Notes under the pieces: generated by a model
What the model was told of the DNA's origin: nothing
Seen by the model: the letters and a program-made list of their open reading frames with translations, nothing else
Database searches by the model: none
In this document: one piece after another, positions 37,620-46,629 of the stretch
How positions within the stretch are numbered: the first letter of the stretch is position 1
Layout: each line of letters opens with the position of its first letter
Origin: a virus
Reading direction: 5' to 3' (one strand)
Virus record (IMG/VR): IMGVR_UViG_3300037851_000445
Span: 6,729-70,728 of that record
DNA: 64,000 bases
Made by a program: the position numbers and the translations under genes

Positions 37620-37833
37620 CGTCGGATTCAACCGTGTACTCGGCGATGATTTCCACGGGCTGCGCCGGTTTGTCCATGTGGAACACGAACGATTGGCCCG
37701 AAGGGAATGCGCCTTCTATGAAGCGCTGAGATGTGGCTAAGCGCTCAAGTGCTTCCGCCACGTTTGGCGCAAGAGTCTCGTTACCATGACGTGCGCCCGT
37801 CATGATCTTTAGCATTAGCGTGAGCCTACGCAT
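37612..37833 (-). CDS. Hypothetical protein (73 aa)
   Basis: Coupled in-operon ORF. Confidence 0.45.
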   Translation of the reverse strand: MRRLTLMLKIMTGARHGNETLAPNVAEALERLATSQRFIEGAFPSGQSFVFHMDKPAQPVEIIAEYTVESDDE

Positions 37834-38203
37834 CGGCTGTGGCTCGTTCCAGGGTGAGTTCCATGTTATGAAGCGGCACGTAGTGAACGTCGATGCCGCA
37901 CGCTCTTGCGACCTGGATCTCCCGCTGCACGCCTCGCGATTCCTCCCATCCCGGGAGCATCAACACCACCAACGCTTCGCAATGCCGCAGAACCGATAGG
38001 TCCTGCCGCATCCAGAACTCGTGGTCAAGCTGTCGCTCAGGTTCCAGGTGCAGAGAGATGAAGTGGCTGTGCGGGATCGGTGCGAACACCGTATACCCTT
38101 CTGCCATCAGTTGCGCTGCGTACTTACATGCGATGTCGACACGCTCTTCGAGCAGCGCTTTGTCGTTGGTCGAGTACGGAGTCGCGAGGTAGATGAAGCT
38201 CAT
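37826..38203 (-). CDS. DUF1937 / nucleoside 2-deoxyribosyltransferase-like protein
   Basis: IYLATPYS...VFAPIPHSH...FWMRQDL..L..CEALVVLMLPGWEESRGVQREI. Confidence 0.8.
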   Translation of the reverse strand: MSFIYLATPYSTNDKALLEERVDIACKYAAQLMAEGYTVFAPIPHSHFISLHLEPERQLDHEFWMRQDLSVLRHCEALVVLMLPGWEESRGVQREIQVARACGIDVHYVPLHNMELTLERATADA

Positions 38204-38204
38204 G

Positions 38205-38597
38205 TTAGAACTCCGGAGTGAGCTTCGCGAACGTGTGCGGCATGTCGTCCAGTTCCTTCGGGAGGACGCCCACGCGGATGCGGTGCTTGGTTTCGATGTA
38301 GTGTGCGATGTTCCACATGGCCGCGGCCTCGTGGTCCTCGTCTTCGTACCCGGCGATCTCCTTGTCGAGGTGCCGGATGGCGCTGTTGATGAACTCCGAC
38401 AGCGGAATGCCCTTCTCCCAGTTGCGCGCGTCGTACTTCAGCGAGCCTTTCTGGTTGTGGAGGTCGTACCGCTGCAGCGCGTGCACCGCGCGCAAAACAG
38501 GGAGGCCCTTGAGGTCCCCGCGGTCGCGCACGGCACCGGTCTTGAACTTGCGGCGCTTGCCGCTGTCCTTCAGTAGGCCCTGGGCCTTCTTCTTCAT
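38205..38597 (-). CDS. dATP/dGTP diphosphohydrolase (DUF5664-like)
   Basis: F.TGAVRD....K...GSLKYDARNWEKGIP....SAIRHL....EDHEAAAMWN. Confidence 0.8.
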   Translation of the reverse strand: MKKKAQGLLKDSGKRRKFKTGAVRDRGDLKGLPVLRAVHALQRYDLHNQKGSLKYDARNWEKGIPLSEFINSAIRHLDKEIAGYEDEDHEAAAMWNIAHYIETKHRIRVGVLPKELDDMPHTFAKLTPEF

Positions 38598-38845
38598 GGG
38601 ATGGTGACTCCGTCGACGGTCACTTTGGACCTGGTTTCGATGAAGACCCGCGCCCCGCAGTTGAGGGGGCGCAGGCCGCATTCGACGGCGTCAACCAGCA
38701 CGCTGGGCCCGTCGATGATCACTCGCTTGCCGTAGTGGTTCTCCTTGCCCACCTTGACGGTGAGCGTCGGCTTGTGGTCGCCGTGCTTGATGTTCCAAGC
38801 GATGTGATGTTTGTTCACGTGGATTCGCTTCAGTCTTGCGCTCAT
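38594..38845 (-). CDS. Conserved phage hypothetical protein
   Basis: IHVNKHHI..N.K...PTLTVK.GK.NHY...PLNCGARVFIET pattern recurrent in phages. Confidence 0.6.
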   Translation of the reverse strand: MSARLKRIHVNKHHIAWNIKHGDHKPTLTVKVGKENHYGKRVIIDGPSVLVDAVECGLRPLNCGARVFIETRSKVTVDGVTIP

Positions 38846-38917
38846 GGTTGCTTCGCCTTGATGTAGAGTTCGATCACGATGATCAGCGCGAGGCCGATCA
38901 GTAGGTCGATGGCGACG

Positions 38918-39346
38918 TCAGTCTCCACTGCAACCTCCGCCGTCCCCACCCCAGTCTCCGCTGGCCCCGCCACCCCCGAACGATCCGCCTCCGCTGCTGT
39001 AGTCGCTGCGCTGTGTCGTCGTTTCGTACCCGACGGTTGCGATCGCTGCACCCAACACCGCCGCAGCTAGGTGGTCGACCGTCTCTTCTTCTCGGCGCGC
39101 GGCTTGTTGAACCGTGCGGCGGTGGAGCTCAGACTTGGATACAGACGGACGGCTTACCGGTCTTCCGGCAATGGTGGTGAGCGGCGCGTTCATGGCCCGC
39201 TTGACCTGTTCCGCTTGCAGCTTTTTGCTAACGACCGGCACGTCGTATGCTTCTCGTTCCGCCTTCCGTTTGGCCACCAGATCGTAGTTCGCCTGGAGGC
39301 GCGTGGCTTGGTCGCGGAAGAACAGCCGCTTGATCCACTTGATCAT
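38918..39346 (-). CDS. Hypothetical protein with SSGGGSFGGGGASGDW tail
   Basis: GAGGAGAGG SD; the Gly-rich tail resembles that of TPM-domain protein C-termini. Confidence 0.55.
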   Translation of the reverse strand: MIKWIKRLFFRDQATRLQANYDLVAKRKAEREAYDVPVVSKKLQAEQVKRAMNAPLTTIAGRPVSRPSVSKSELHRRTVQQAARREEETVDHLAAAVLGAAIATVGYETTTQRSDYSSGGGSFGGGGASGDWGGDGGGCSGD

Positions 39347-39765
39347 AGTGCCTCTCCTCTCTCCATCATGGTGAGAACCTGGTTGTTGAGCGTCTGCCGC
39401 GAGATACGGTGTGCGCGCCGGGCGATAGCGAGACACAGATTCCGTTGCCGCTCTAGATAGCGGCTCATGGCTGGTGTGTACGCTTTGCCCTGCTGCTCCA
39501 TGAAGTATCCGTAGACGCGCGACAACTGGTAGATCGGACGATCGATCCAGACAGGACCGGACGAACGCAGCGAAGACCCTTTTCGTAGCGGGGACCGCGG
39601 CTTCTGCCGACGAGATCGCGCCGCCACGAACGAGAGCCCAGCGGCTTTCAACTTGCCTTGTCGCCACCCGCGTTTCATTGCGTTCGTGGCGTCGTGAAGA
39701 TCCCGCTTGGAAAGCGTGACCTTGCGCGCCATGGCACGCATTCGCTTGGTTCTGCGGTGGCTCAC
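39343..39765 (-). CDS. Basic hypothetical protein
   Basis: Coupled ORF; start uncertain. Confidence 0.45.
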   Translation of the reverse strand: MSHRRTKRMRAMARKVTLSKRDLHDATNAMKRGWRQGKLKAAGLSFVAARSRRQKPRSPLRKGSSLRSSGPVWIDRPIYQLSRVYGYFMEQQGKAYTPAMSRYLERQRNLCLAIARRAHRISRQTLNNQVLTMMERGEAL

Positions 39766-39950
39766 AGCTGATCCAGTTGGTTTCGGAGCTCGATGCCTTC
39801 CTGTTGCGCGGCCTCGAGCTCCTGCTTCGCCTTGGCCAGGCGACTGGCGTTCGCTTTCAGCTGCGCTTTGAGCGCGGCCTTGGCGTCTTTGTTCGCAGCG
39901 GGGGGTTTTTCCTCCCCGATGTGAAGGATGGCGGATTGTTCTCTGGGCAT
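39762..39950 (-). CDS. Coiled-coil hypothetical protein (62 aa)
   Basis: ATG at 39950 downstream of a TATAAT box; helical sequence. Confidence 0.5.
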   Translation of the reverse strand: MPREQSAILHIGEEKPPAANKDAKAALKAQLKANASRLAKAKQELEAAQQEGIELRNQLDQL

Positions 39951-39969
39951 GGTGTGGTTAGGGGCGCCC

Positions 39970-39986
39970 AAATTATAGGAAGAGGG
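39970..39986 (-). promoter_or_regulatory. Candidate promoter CCCTCTTCCTATAATTT
   Basis: Consensus TATAAT in an intergenic gap; near-identical motif at 56982-56999. Confidence 0.45.
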
Positions 39987-40032
39987 TCGTTTAAGCCGCG
40001 CACTCCTTCGCGGCCCCCAAATCGTGTGTTGA

Positions 40033-40761
40033 CTACTTCTTGCCCTTCTTGCCGGCCTGGGCCCGCTTGACGGCTTCCTCGTAGCCGGATACATCCGGCT
40101 CGGCAAGCACCATCTCGGTGGCCTTCTTCTGCTGGCCGAACGACGCGTCGACGTTCGGGTTAGGCCCGGCGACGGCGAATCGTAGCGAGGCGTAGGAACT
40201 GCCGGCGTCGAAGAAGATCTCGGTGATCACCTGCATCGGGTGGACGTTCTTCACGCGAAGATCGTTCACGTACTTGGCGAAGTACTTCCGCGCAGTCGGC
40301 GAAACGATGATCGTGTGCACGGTGTCCTCCGTCACGCCGGGCATCCCCAACGCGATCTTCACGGAGTTCTTGCACGCCTTTCCCTCGTCTCGCGAGCCAA
40401 ACTGGTTCATAGGGCACGCGTCGCAGCCGTTCGATTGCACGTCCGGCGAATTCTCGCTCGGTACCATGCCCTTCGGCTCCTGGCTGATCGCGAAGCACGC
40501 CGGTGGCGTGGGGTTGTTGCGATCGAACTTACCCGGGAAGTACGTGTTCGTGTACGCCCAGTCGAGGATCACGGCGCTGATCGGGCCGGCGCCTTCCTTC
40601 CCGTCTGGCATCACGAACTTCTTGTCCTGCGTCACGCGGATGGTGTTGCCCCCGACCGTTTCCACCTTCTTGGCCATGGTCGTCAGCTGCTTTGCCAGCT
40701 GTTCGGCCACGTTCATTGGGAGGTTGGGGGTGCTGCTGTCGATCGGTGCTTGTGTGGTCAT
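40033..40761 (-). CDS. ssDNA-binding/recombination-type replication protein (putative)
   Basis: VILDWAYTNTYF...PACFAIS...CDACPMNQFGS...GKACKNS pattern seen next to phage PolA genes. Confidence 0.55.
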   Translation of the reverse strand: MTTQAPIDSSTPNLPMNVAEQLAKQLTTMAKKVETVGGNTIRVTQDKKFVMPDGKEGAGPISAVILDWAYTNTYFPGKFDRNNPTPPACFAISQEPKGMVPSENSPDVQSNGCDACPMNQFGSRDEGKACKNSVKIALGMPGVTEDTVHTIIVSPTARKYFAKYVNDLRVKNVHPMQVITEIFFDAGSSYASLRFAVAGPNPNVDASFGQQKKATEMVLAEPDVSGYEEAVKRAQAGKKGKK

Positions 40762-41132
40762 GTGGTTCTCAGGTTGAGTTTGCGTTTCGTGAACGGCACC
40801 GTTCCCGGCACCTTCACGCCTTGCTCGAGCAGCTCTCGGTAGCTGGCGGAAGACGGACGCCGCTCCAGCAGATGCCAATACTTCTTCCGCTGGATGAACT
40901 TGTAGAGCGCGTCCCAGTCGTTGACCTGCGGTACGATGGACTCGGTGATCGAGGCCTTCGCCAGCTTGCCCGCGGCGGCGGTCGTGCCCTGCTCGTCGGC
41001 TAGCGCGATGAACTCGTCCTCGAGCCTGCCTTCGTCCTGCTTCATCACCTTCACCTGTTCTTCGAGGGCGAGCCGTGCGGCCCGCAGCGTCGACAGCTGA
41101 TCGATGAGAGAGCCCAATGTGGGCTTCGTCAT
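40758..41132 (-). CDS. Conserved phage replication-region coiled-coil protein
   Basis: N-terminal coiled coil; PQVNDWDALYKFI....HLLERRPS...ELLEQG..VPG. Confidence 0.6.
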   Translation of the reverse strand: MTKPTLGSLIDQLSTLRAARLALEEQVKVMKQDEGRLEDEFIALADEQGTTAAAGKLAKASITESIVPQVNDWDALYKFIQRKKYWHLLERRPSSASYRELLEQGVKVPGTVPFTKRKLNLRTT

Positions 41133-41326
41133 GCTTCACTCCTTCGTTGAAAATTACTCGGGGTTGGAGAGTTCGTCCATCCATTTCTTTCGAGCCAGGC
41201 GCACTTTTTCCTGGATCAGGTACATCTTGTGCCACTGGACTGAGTCCACCGGCAGCCCGATCAAGGCCTGCTCGAGCATCAGCTCCAGTGCGCGGCTCTC
41301 GTCGAGCGTGAGACCTACGACCACGA

Positions 41327-41626
41327 TCACCGGAAGTCGTCCTTCGGGACCATGCCCATCCGCCCGTCGGCGATGATGATCAGGTAGCCGGCCGGCTCGC
41401 CTAAAATCTCGCCGTCCACCCAGCATGCCGGGACGCCGATGTCCTTGCCAGCGATTGTGATCTTCGCTTCCTTGGCGTTTTCGTCGGTCGGAGCGATGGG
41501 GCACGGGCTCTGCGTCAGGGTGATCCGGATTGACCCGTCCGGCGACACAGCCGTTGGAGCGCTCTGCACGCCCGTGGCGCAGCCGGTGAGGAGAACGACT
41601 GCGGCGATTGCGATGTGCTTCTTCAT
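41327..41626 (-). CDS. Lipoprotein
   Basis: MKKHIAIAAVVLLTG-C lipobox; ATGA-coupled to the polymerase stop. Confidence 0.7.
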   Translation of the reverse strand: MKKHIAIAAVVLLTGCATGVQSAPTAVSPDGSIRITLTQSPCPIAPTDENAKEAKITIAGKDIGVPACWVDGEILGEPAGYLIIIADGRMGMVPKDDFR

Positions 41627-43533
41627 TTGCTGTAGCACCTATCGTAGTCTCCCTCGGCGGCCAGGGGGAGGTCTGGTGCCCACGCCGGTGGCGTGGACAT
41701 GATCTTGATCGCCCAAATGAGGCCTTCGTCCGCCTCTTTCTCGGGCATGAGAAACACCACTTCGTCATGCGACATCCAGATGACGGGGTAGCGCTCGTTG
41801 ATGTCGAGGAGTTGGTCTGCCACGACACACCGCGCCAGGAACTGCACGATGTTCTCCGTCAGCGACCCGCCCCAGGTCTTGACTTGCACGGACGTGTGAT
41901 TGTAGGTGATTCGGTCGACTTCTCCGTTCCATCTGTAGGTGCAGTGCATAAACGGATACACCAACCGCATACCCGTCGGGCCTTCAACGTACCCGACGTT
42001 GTCCTTGCGATACCACCTGATGTACTTCCACGAGCCCGAGATTCCACGGTGGAGATCCATCGCGATCTGTTCGGCGCGCGACCACATGTCCACGATGGGC
42101 TTGTTTTCCTGGCGCCAAAAATCGACGTGCCGCACGCACATCTCTTTCGGCAGATCCATCTTCGGCCCCATCATACCCTTCGCCATCGTGTCCTGGTATG
42201 TGTCCGGCCCCATCCCGAAGCCCAGCCCCAGCTCGCAGACCTTACCGACCTGGCGTTCGTCTTTCGTGGCCGGGTTGCTCTTCGAGACCTCGTAGCCGTA
42301 GAGCTTAGAGGCGAAGATGCTGTAGAGATCCTTCCCTTGACGGAAGAGCTCTACCTTCTCGGTGTGCCCCGAGACGTGCGCGTTCACGCGCGCCTCGATT
42401 TGAGCCGAGTCCACGACACCGATCACGAAACCGTCAGGAGCGATGATCGACCGCCGCAGGTTGTCGGTACTCACCACGGCGCCCGTATCGTCCTTCTTGA
42501 GCTTCGGAAGGTTCTGCATGTTCATCTTGTTGCCCGCCGACCAACGCGTCGTGTGCGCTCCGCAGTAGTGCAGAAGGATCGGCAGTTTCTGGTGCCCACG
42601 CCCGGCGTTGAGGAGCCGCACCGCGCGGGTTTCCCCGATCGTGCTCTTGACCGCGAGGCGCGCAGCGACCAGGTTCCGCACCTTTTCGTCCGGGTGCGTC
42701 TGAAGCGCCTGGAACTTGAGGTCGTTCTTGGCGAATGCGTAGATGTCGCGCCCTGTCGGGTGTGTCGAAGTCGGCTTGCTGCGCTTCATTGGCGGTTCTA
42801 CGCCGAGACCGCGCAACGCCGATGCGAACTGTTCATTGCTGGTGAGGTCTTCGCGCGTCACGAAGGTAGCGGCCACGGCTTTCGCTTTCTTGCTGACCTG
42901 GAGCTCGTACTCCGTCTGTACGAGGGCTTCGTCCACGTAGACCTTGGCCTCTGTGAACATTCGCACCGTCAGGTCGATGATTCGTAGCTCGCGCGGCGGG
43001 ATGTGCGGCAGCATGTAGTCGAACATCGCCCGACAGGCCACCGTGTCGCCTGCGCAGTAGACCGCCGCCTTCATCAGAAGGTCGGACGGCAGCACGCGAA
43101 GCCCCTTCATCTCAGCCAGTGAGTCCTTGGCCACCTTGCCCTGAACTCCACAGCGCTCAGCTACGGAGTCCAGGTCATGCCTTCCGATGATCCCGAAGTG
43201 TCCACGGGACATGGACAGCGTGTCGAGATACAGCTTCGGGATCACCTTAAAGCGCTCTGACAGGACGAAGCCGTCGAAGTAGTTGTTGTGGCACAGGAGC
43301 GCAGTCTTCGACCAGTCGATGTCGTTGATCTGCAGGATCTGCTTACCGACCCATACGTCGACGGGTTTGTCGTCGATTTGGATCCCGAGCATGTGCACGA
43401 GGAATCGCTCGTCTCGCACGTACTCGGAGGTCGCCATCTTACGAAGGGAGTAGTCCTTGTCGTAATACGTCTCGATGTCGACGGTTACGATGGATTCCAC
43501 GCCCAAGTCCTGTAGGACCGGAGGTATGTTCAT
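41623..43533 (-). CDS. Family A DNA polymerase with 3'-5' exonuclease
   Basis: ExoI VDIETY, motif A VVDSAQIEARV, motif B RQVGKVCELGLGFGMG, motif C MSHDEV. Confidence 0.93.
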   Translation of the reverse strand: MNIPPVLQDLGVESIVTVDIETYYDKDYSLRKMATSEYVRDERFLVHMLGIQIDDKPVDVWVGKQILQINDIDWSKTALLCHNNYFDGFVLSERFKVIPKLYLDTLSMSRGHFGIIGRHDLDSVAERCGVQGKVAKDSLAEMKGLRVLPSDLLMKAAVYCAGDTVACRAMFDYMLPHIPPRELRIIDLTVRMFTEAKVYVDEALVQTEYELQVSKKAKAVAATFVTREDLTSNEQFASALRGLGVEPPMKRSKPTSTHPTGRDIYAFAKNDLKFQALQTHPDEKVRNLVAARLAVKSTIGETRAVRLLNAGRGHQKLPILLHYCGAHTTRWSAGNKMNMQNLPKLKKDDTGAVVSTDNLRRSIIAPDGFVIGVVDSAQIEARVNAHVSGHTEKVELFRQGKDLYSIFASKLYGYEVSKSNPATKDERQVGKVCELGLGFGMGPDTYQDTMAKGMMGPKMDLPKEMCVRHVDFWRQENKPIVDMWSRAEQIAMDLHRGISGSWKYIRWYRKDNVGYVEGPTGMRLVYPFMHCTYRWNGEVDRITYNHTSVQVKTWGGSLTENIVQFLARCVVADQLLDINERYPVIWMSHDEVVFLMPEKEADEGLIWAIKIMSTPPAWAPDLPLAAEGDYDRCYSK

Positions 43534-43721
43534 TCTGCGTCCTTTGGATCGTCTGCGTGCGGCAGCACCGCGCCTGGTACGAGCAAGGCTCGCAGATCCC
43601 TAGGGTCCACGAGATGAAGAGGAGAGCCTTGCGACGTGAAGCGTTGAACACACAGCCGCCCGTTGTAAATCGCGCCGGTGTTGGCCTCGAAGTCGAACAG
43701 TACGAGTCGCACGTACCTCAC
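43530..43721 (-). CDS. Hypothetical protein (63 aa)
   Basis: Overlaps both neighbours. Confidence 0.45.
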   Translation of the reverse strand: MRYVRLVLFDFEANTGAIYNGRLCVQRFTSQGSPLHLVDPRDLRALLVPGAVLPHADDPKDAE

Positions 43722-45085
43722 TCGTTCTCTTTCATCAGCGTCAGCATCTCGTTCAGGGCAACTCGTTTGCCCTGGCAGATCTCGTACACGTGTTCCTCGA
43801 TCGTGCCTGGTGCGATGATCGAGATGTTCTCAGTGCGTTGCGTCTGGCCGGCACGGTAGATCCGTCTTGAGCCCTGCAGGAAGTGCTCGATGTTGTACGT
43901 GGGTGAAGACCAGATCGAGGTCGTCGCGCGCGTTAGCGTCAGTCCGTGCGCAGCGCTCTGCGGATGCAGGAACGCGACACGATAGAAGCCGGCTTGGAAC
44001 ATGTCGACCGCTTGATCGCGCGCTTTACCCGAGACTGTGCCGTCGATCAGGCACCAGGTCAACCCACGGCGTTCCGCCTCGGCAATCAGCTGGTCCCGTT
44101 GATGCGACCAGTTGAAGAAGCAGATGGAGTTCTTCCGCTGCTCGAGCAGATCTCCAATGAGCTCGTACCGGTCGGTATCCACCACGTGGTAGTTGCCGGC
44201 GTTGTCGTACACGGCGCCGCTGGCGATCTGCAACAGCTTCGTCACCACGGCCGCGGCGTTCACTGCTTGCACCACGGTATCCGGCGATACCATCAGGAGT
44301 TCGAGATGCTCCATCTCCTTGTACCGCTTCAGATGCTTCGCCGTCATGTCGAAGTACTTCACGTACTCGTGGTTCGCCGGAATGCTCAGGCACTCCTCGA
44401 ACACGTGCCGGATCGTGATGTCCTTCAACAGCATCCCTACCGCTTCCGCCGCCTCCGGACGATCCACCCACTTCACCATTTCGGCCCGTGGGCCGATCTG
44501 CTCGGGTCGGCACACTTGGTTCCGGAACCCGAAGAAGCTTGTCCCGAGGCGCTTGCCACCATCGATCAGGCGCACCTGATGCCAGAGATCCAGCACTGTA
44601 TTCGGGTTCGGCGTGCCGTTCAGCCCACGCTTCTTCTCGAAGTGCGTCACCACCTTCTGCATGGCCTTCGAGCGCTGGCTGGTGTGGTGCTTGAACGCCC
44701 CACACTCGTCCATGAAGACGGTGCCGCCTTCGAACTTGCTCCAGAAGGACTTGGGTTGGGCTGCGAGCCATTTGGCGGCGTCCGTGTTCGTGATGTACAT
44801 GTCAGCCTTCACGTTGAAGGCTTTAGCGCGGTTGTCCGCAGTCGCCACGGATGTCTCAAGCCACGGTGCGAATGCGCGTACGTCGTTTACCCAAGCGGCT
44901 TTGAGCAAGCTCTTGGGCGCAATGACCAGTGCGGCCGGGTGACCGCGTTTGTGGTCGTATGCGAATGATTCGATGTGCGCTCGGGTTTTGCCTGTCCCAG
45001 GGTCGCTCGTGTCGAACACTTCATTGTGGGACTTCAAGAACTCGATTGTCTCGATCTGGTGGTCGTACAGCTTGGGTACCGTCAT
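43718..45085 (-). CDS. SNF2-like SF2 helicase
   Basis: LYDHQ, DPGTGKT, LVIAPKSL, FMDECGAFK, LNGTPNPN, HPQSAAHGLTL, QGSRRIYRAGQ. Confidence 0.9.
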   Translation of the reverse strand: MTVPKLYDHQIETIEFLKSHNEVFDTSDPGTGKTRAHIESFAYDHKRGHPAALVIAPKSLLKAAWVNDVRAFAPWLETSVATADNRAKAFNVKADMYITNTDAAKWLAAQPKSFWSKFEGGTVFMDECGAFKHHTSQRSKAMQKVVTHFEKKRGLNGTPNPNTVLDLWHQVRLIDGGKRLGTSFFGFRNQVCRPEQIGPRAEMVKWVDRPEAAEAVGMLLKDITIRHVFEECLSIPANHEYVKYFDMTAKHLKRYKEMEHLELLMVSPDTVVQAVNAAAVVTKLLQIASGAVYDNAGNYHVVDTDRYELIGDLLEQRKNSICFFNWSHQRDQLIAEAERRGLTWCLIDGTVSGKARDQAVDMFQAGFYRVAFLHPQSAAHGLTLTRATTSIWSSPTYNIEHFLQGSRRIYRAGQTQRTENISIIAPGTIEEHVYEICQGKRVALNEMLTLMKENE

Positions 45086-45602
45086 AAGACCATAGTGGTG
45101 AGAGCCATGCGCGCCCGCTTCCGTTGCATGTACCGTCGTTGGTTAGCGGCATGGTTCGGGCCGTTCATTCGGGACTGTTTTTTCTTTTTCGCCAGTTGCC
45201 CCGGCGTGACCCACGGCGCTGGAGGATGCAGGGCAAAGGCAACCAGGAGACTGAGAGAGCTCATGCTTTAGCGATGAGCGGTTCGTTGGCCGATACCGGC
45301 TCGGCGGCGAGATTCGGCTGGAAAGCGCTGTCAAGGTAGTCCCGGTCGACCTGCCCGATCTTGAAGGCCAGGCCGCCTTGGAACAGGATGACGTGCACGC
45401 CGATCTCATTGCTGCCGTCGCGTGCGACGACACATGCGTTGTCGAGGTTGATGATGGCGCCGGAGCCGGGGAGACGTACGAGGTTCATTGGTCGTTCTCG
45501 TCCATGAGAGCCAGCATCACGTGGATCTCGGGGAGACCGCGCGGATACCAGAAGTTGCGGAGGATGATGTCGAGGCTCAGAAACTGAGGGGCAGGCAAGT
45601 CG

Positions 45603-45869
45603 TCATCCATCAAAGCGGATCTCCAGTTGCAGCGGTTGGGGGTCTTGTCGCTGGCACTGCTCGATCAACGCTCGGTACAGTTGGCGTCCCACCAGGTCCG
45701 CGTGTCCTGCGAACGCAATCTGGTGGGCGATGAGCATGCATGCCGCGTCGGTTGTGCACTCGATGTTTTCGCCGTGGGCTTCTCGTGCGCTGAGCCTGAG
45801 CGCCTCTCCTAGTCCTTCGAGGCACGTCATCTCCTGTACGCGCAGGGCCATCATGTGTCTTTGACTCAT
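45603..45869 (-). CDS. Hypothetical protein (88 aa)
   Basis: Directly follows the Cas4-like gene. Confidence 0.45.
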   Translation of the reverse strand: MSQRHMMALRVQEMTCLEGLGEALRLSAREAHGENIECTTDAACMLIAHQIAFAGHADLVGRQLYRALIEQCQRQDPQPLQLEIRFDG

Positions 45870-46616
45870 CTATACTCCGACACTACAGTGGCCCGTACCT
45901 CCATTTTCCGTAGGCTTATACGGGCACCACTTGCAGTTGAACTTGTTGGGGGACGGCGGGAAGTCTTCGGTCGTGGTCATCTTCTCGCCGCGACTGGTGA
46001 AACCGGACATGAACCGGAGCGCTTGGGCTCTCGTGAAGTTCATGCCGTGAAGTTCGTCGAGGTCCAGATACCAGAGCTCGACACGTGCAGTCTCGAGTTC
46101 CGGGTTGCGCAGGAACATCCCAACGATGTACAGATTCATCTGTTCGGAGTGTTTAATCTCGTTGCCGAACCGCTTCCCTGTTTTGTAGTCGATGACGATG
46201 GCGTGCTTGGGAGTCGCTTGCACGGTCGCGTCCGGCTTGATGCGGACCCATGCCGTGCTGGACATCCATGCGACGGGCGACCACTCGCGGTCGAATGCCC
46301 ACTCCTTTTCCAGTGATACGAGTCCAAGCTTGTACAGTTCTCGCAGCTTCCCCATCTCGGCCTTGAACTTACCGAGCTCGGGGATGAGCTCTACGCCGCC
46401 TTTGACGTAGAACTCTGCAGCGTTGTGGATCCTTTCCCCACGCTCGTTTGCATGCTCGGTTTGACCGGGCTTCAGTGGACGGGGAGGTTCGGGAATGCGA
46501 TCCAGGAACTGCAGCTTCGCGCGAAACTTGCACTGTTCGAAAACGGTAAGTCGCGAGTGCGACCAGGCTTTGAGTACCATGAGTTCTTGTTCCCGAGGGT
46601 CGAAGAAGTCGCTCAT
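45870..46616 (-). CDS. Cas4-like PD-(D/E)XK exonuclease with 4-Cys cluster
   Basis: AWSHSRL..FEQC; ERGERIH; KPD..VIDYKTGK; Q..LY; C-terminal CKWCPY..C; AGGAG SD. Confidence 0.85.
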   Translation of the reverse strand: MSDFFDPREQELMVLKAWSHSRLTVFEQCKFRAKLQFLDRIPEPPRPLKPGQTEHANERGERIHNAAEFYVKGGVELIPELGKFKAEMGKLRELYKLGLVSLEKEWAFDREWSPVAWMSSTAWVRIKPDATVQATPKHAIVIDYKTGKRFGNEIKHSEQMNLYIVGMFLRNPELETARVELWYLDLDELHGMNFTRAQALRFMSGFTSRGEKMTTTEDFPPSPNKFNCKWCPYKPTENGGTGHCSVGV

Positions 46617-46629
46617 GATACTCCTATTT

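Noticed and set aside
45870-46616. Cas4-like gene as evidence of a CRISPR-Cas system
   Set aside because: Solo Cas4-like exonucleases are common in phage replication modules; there are no other cas genes or arrays.
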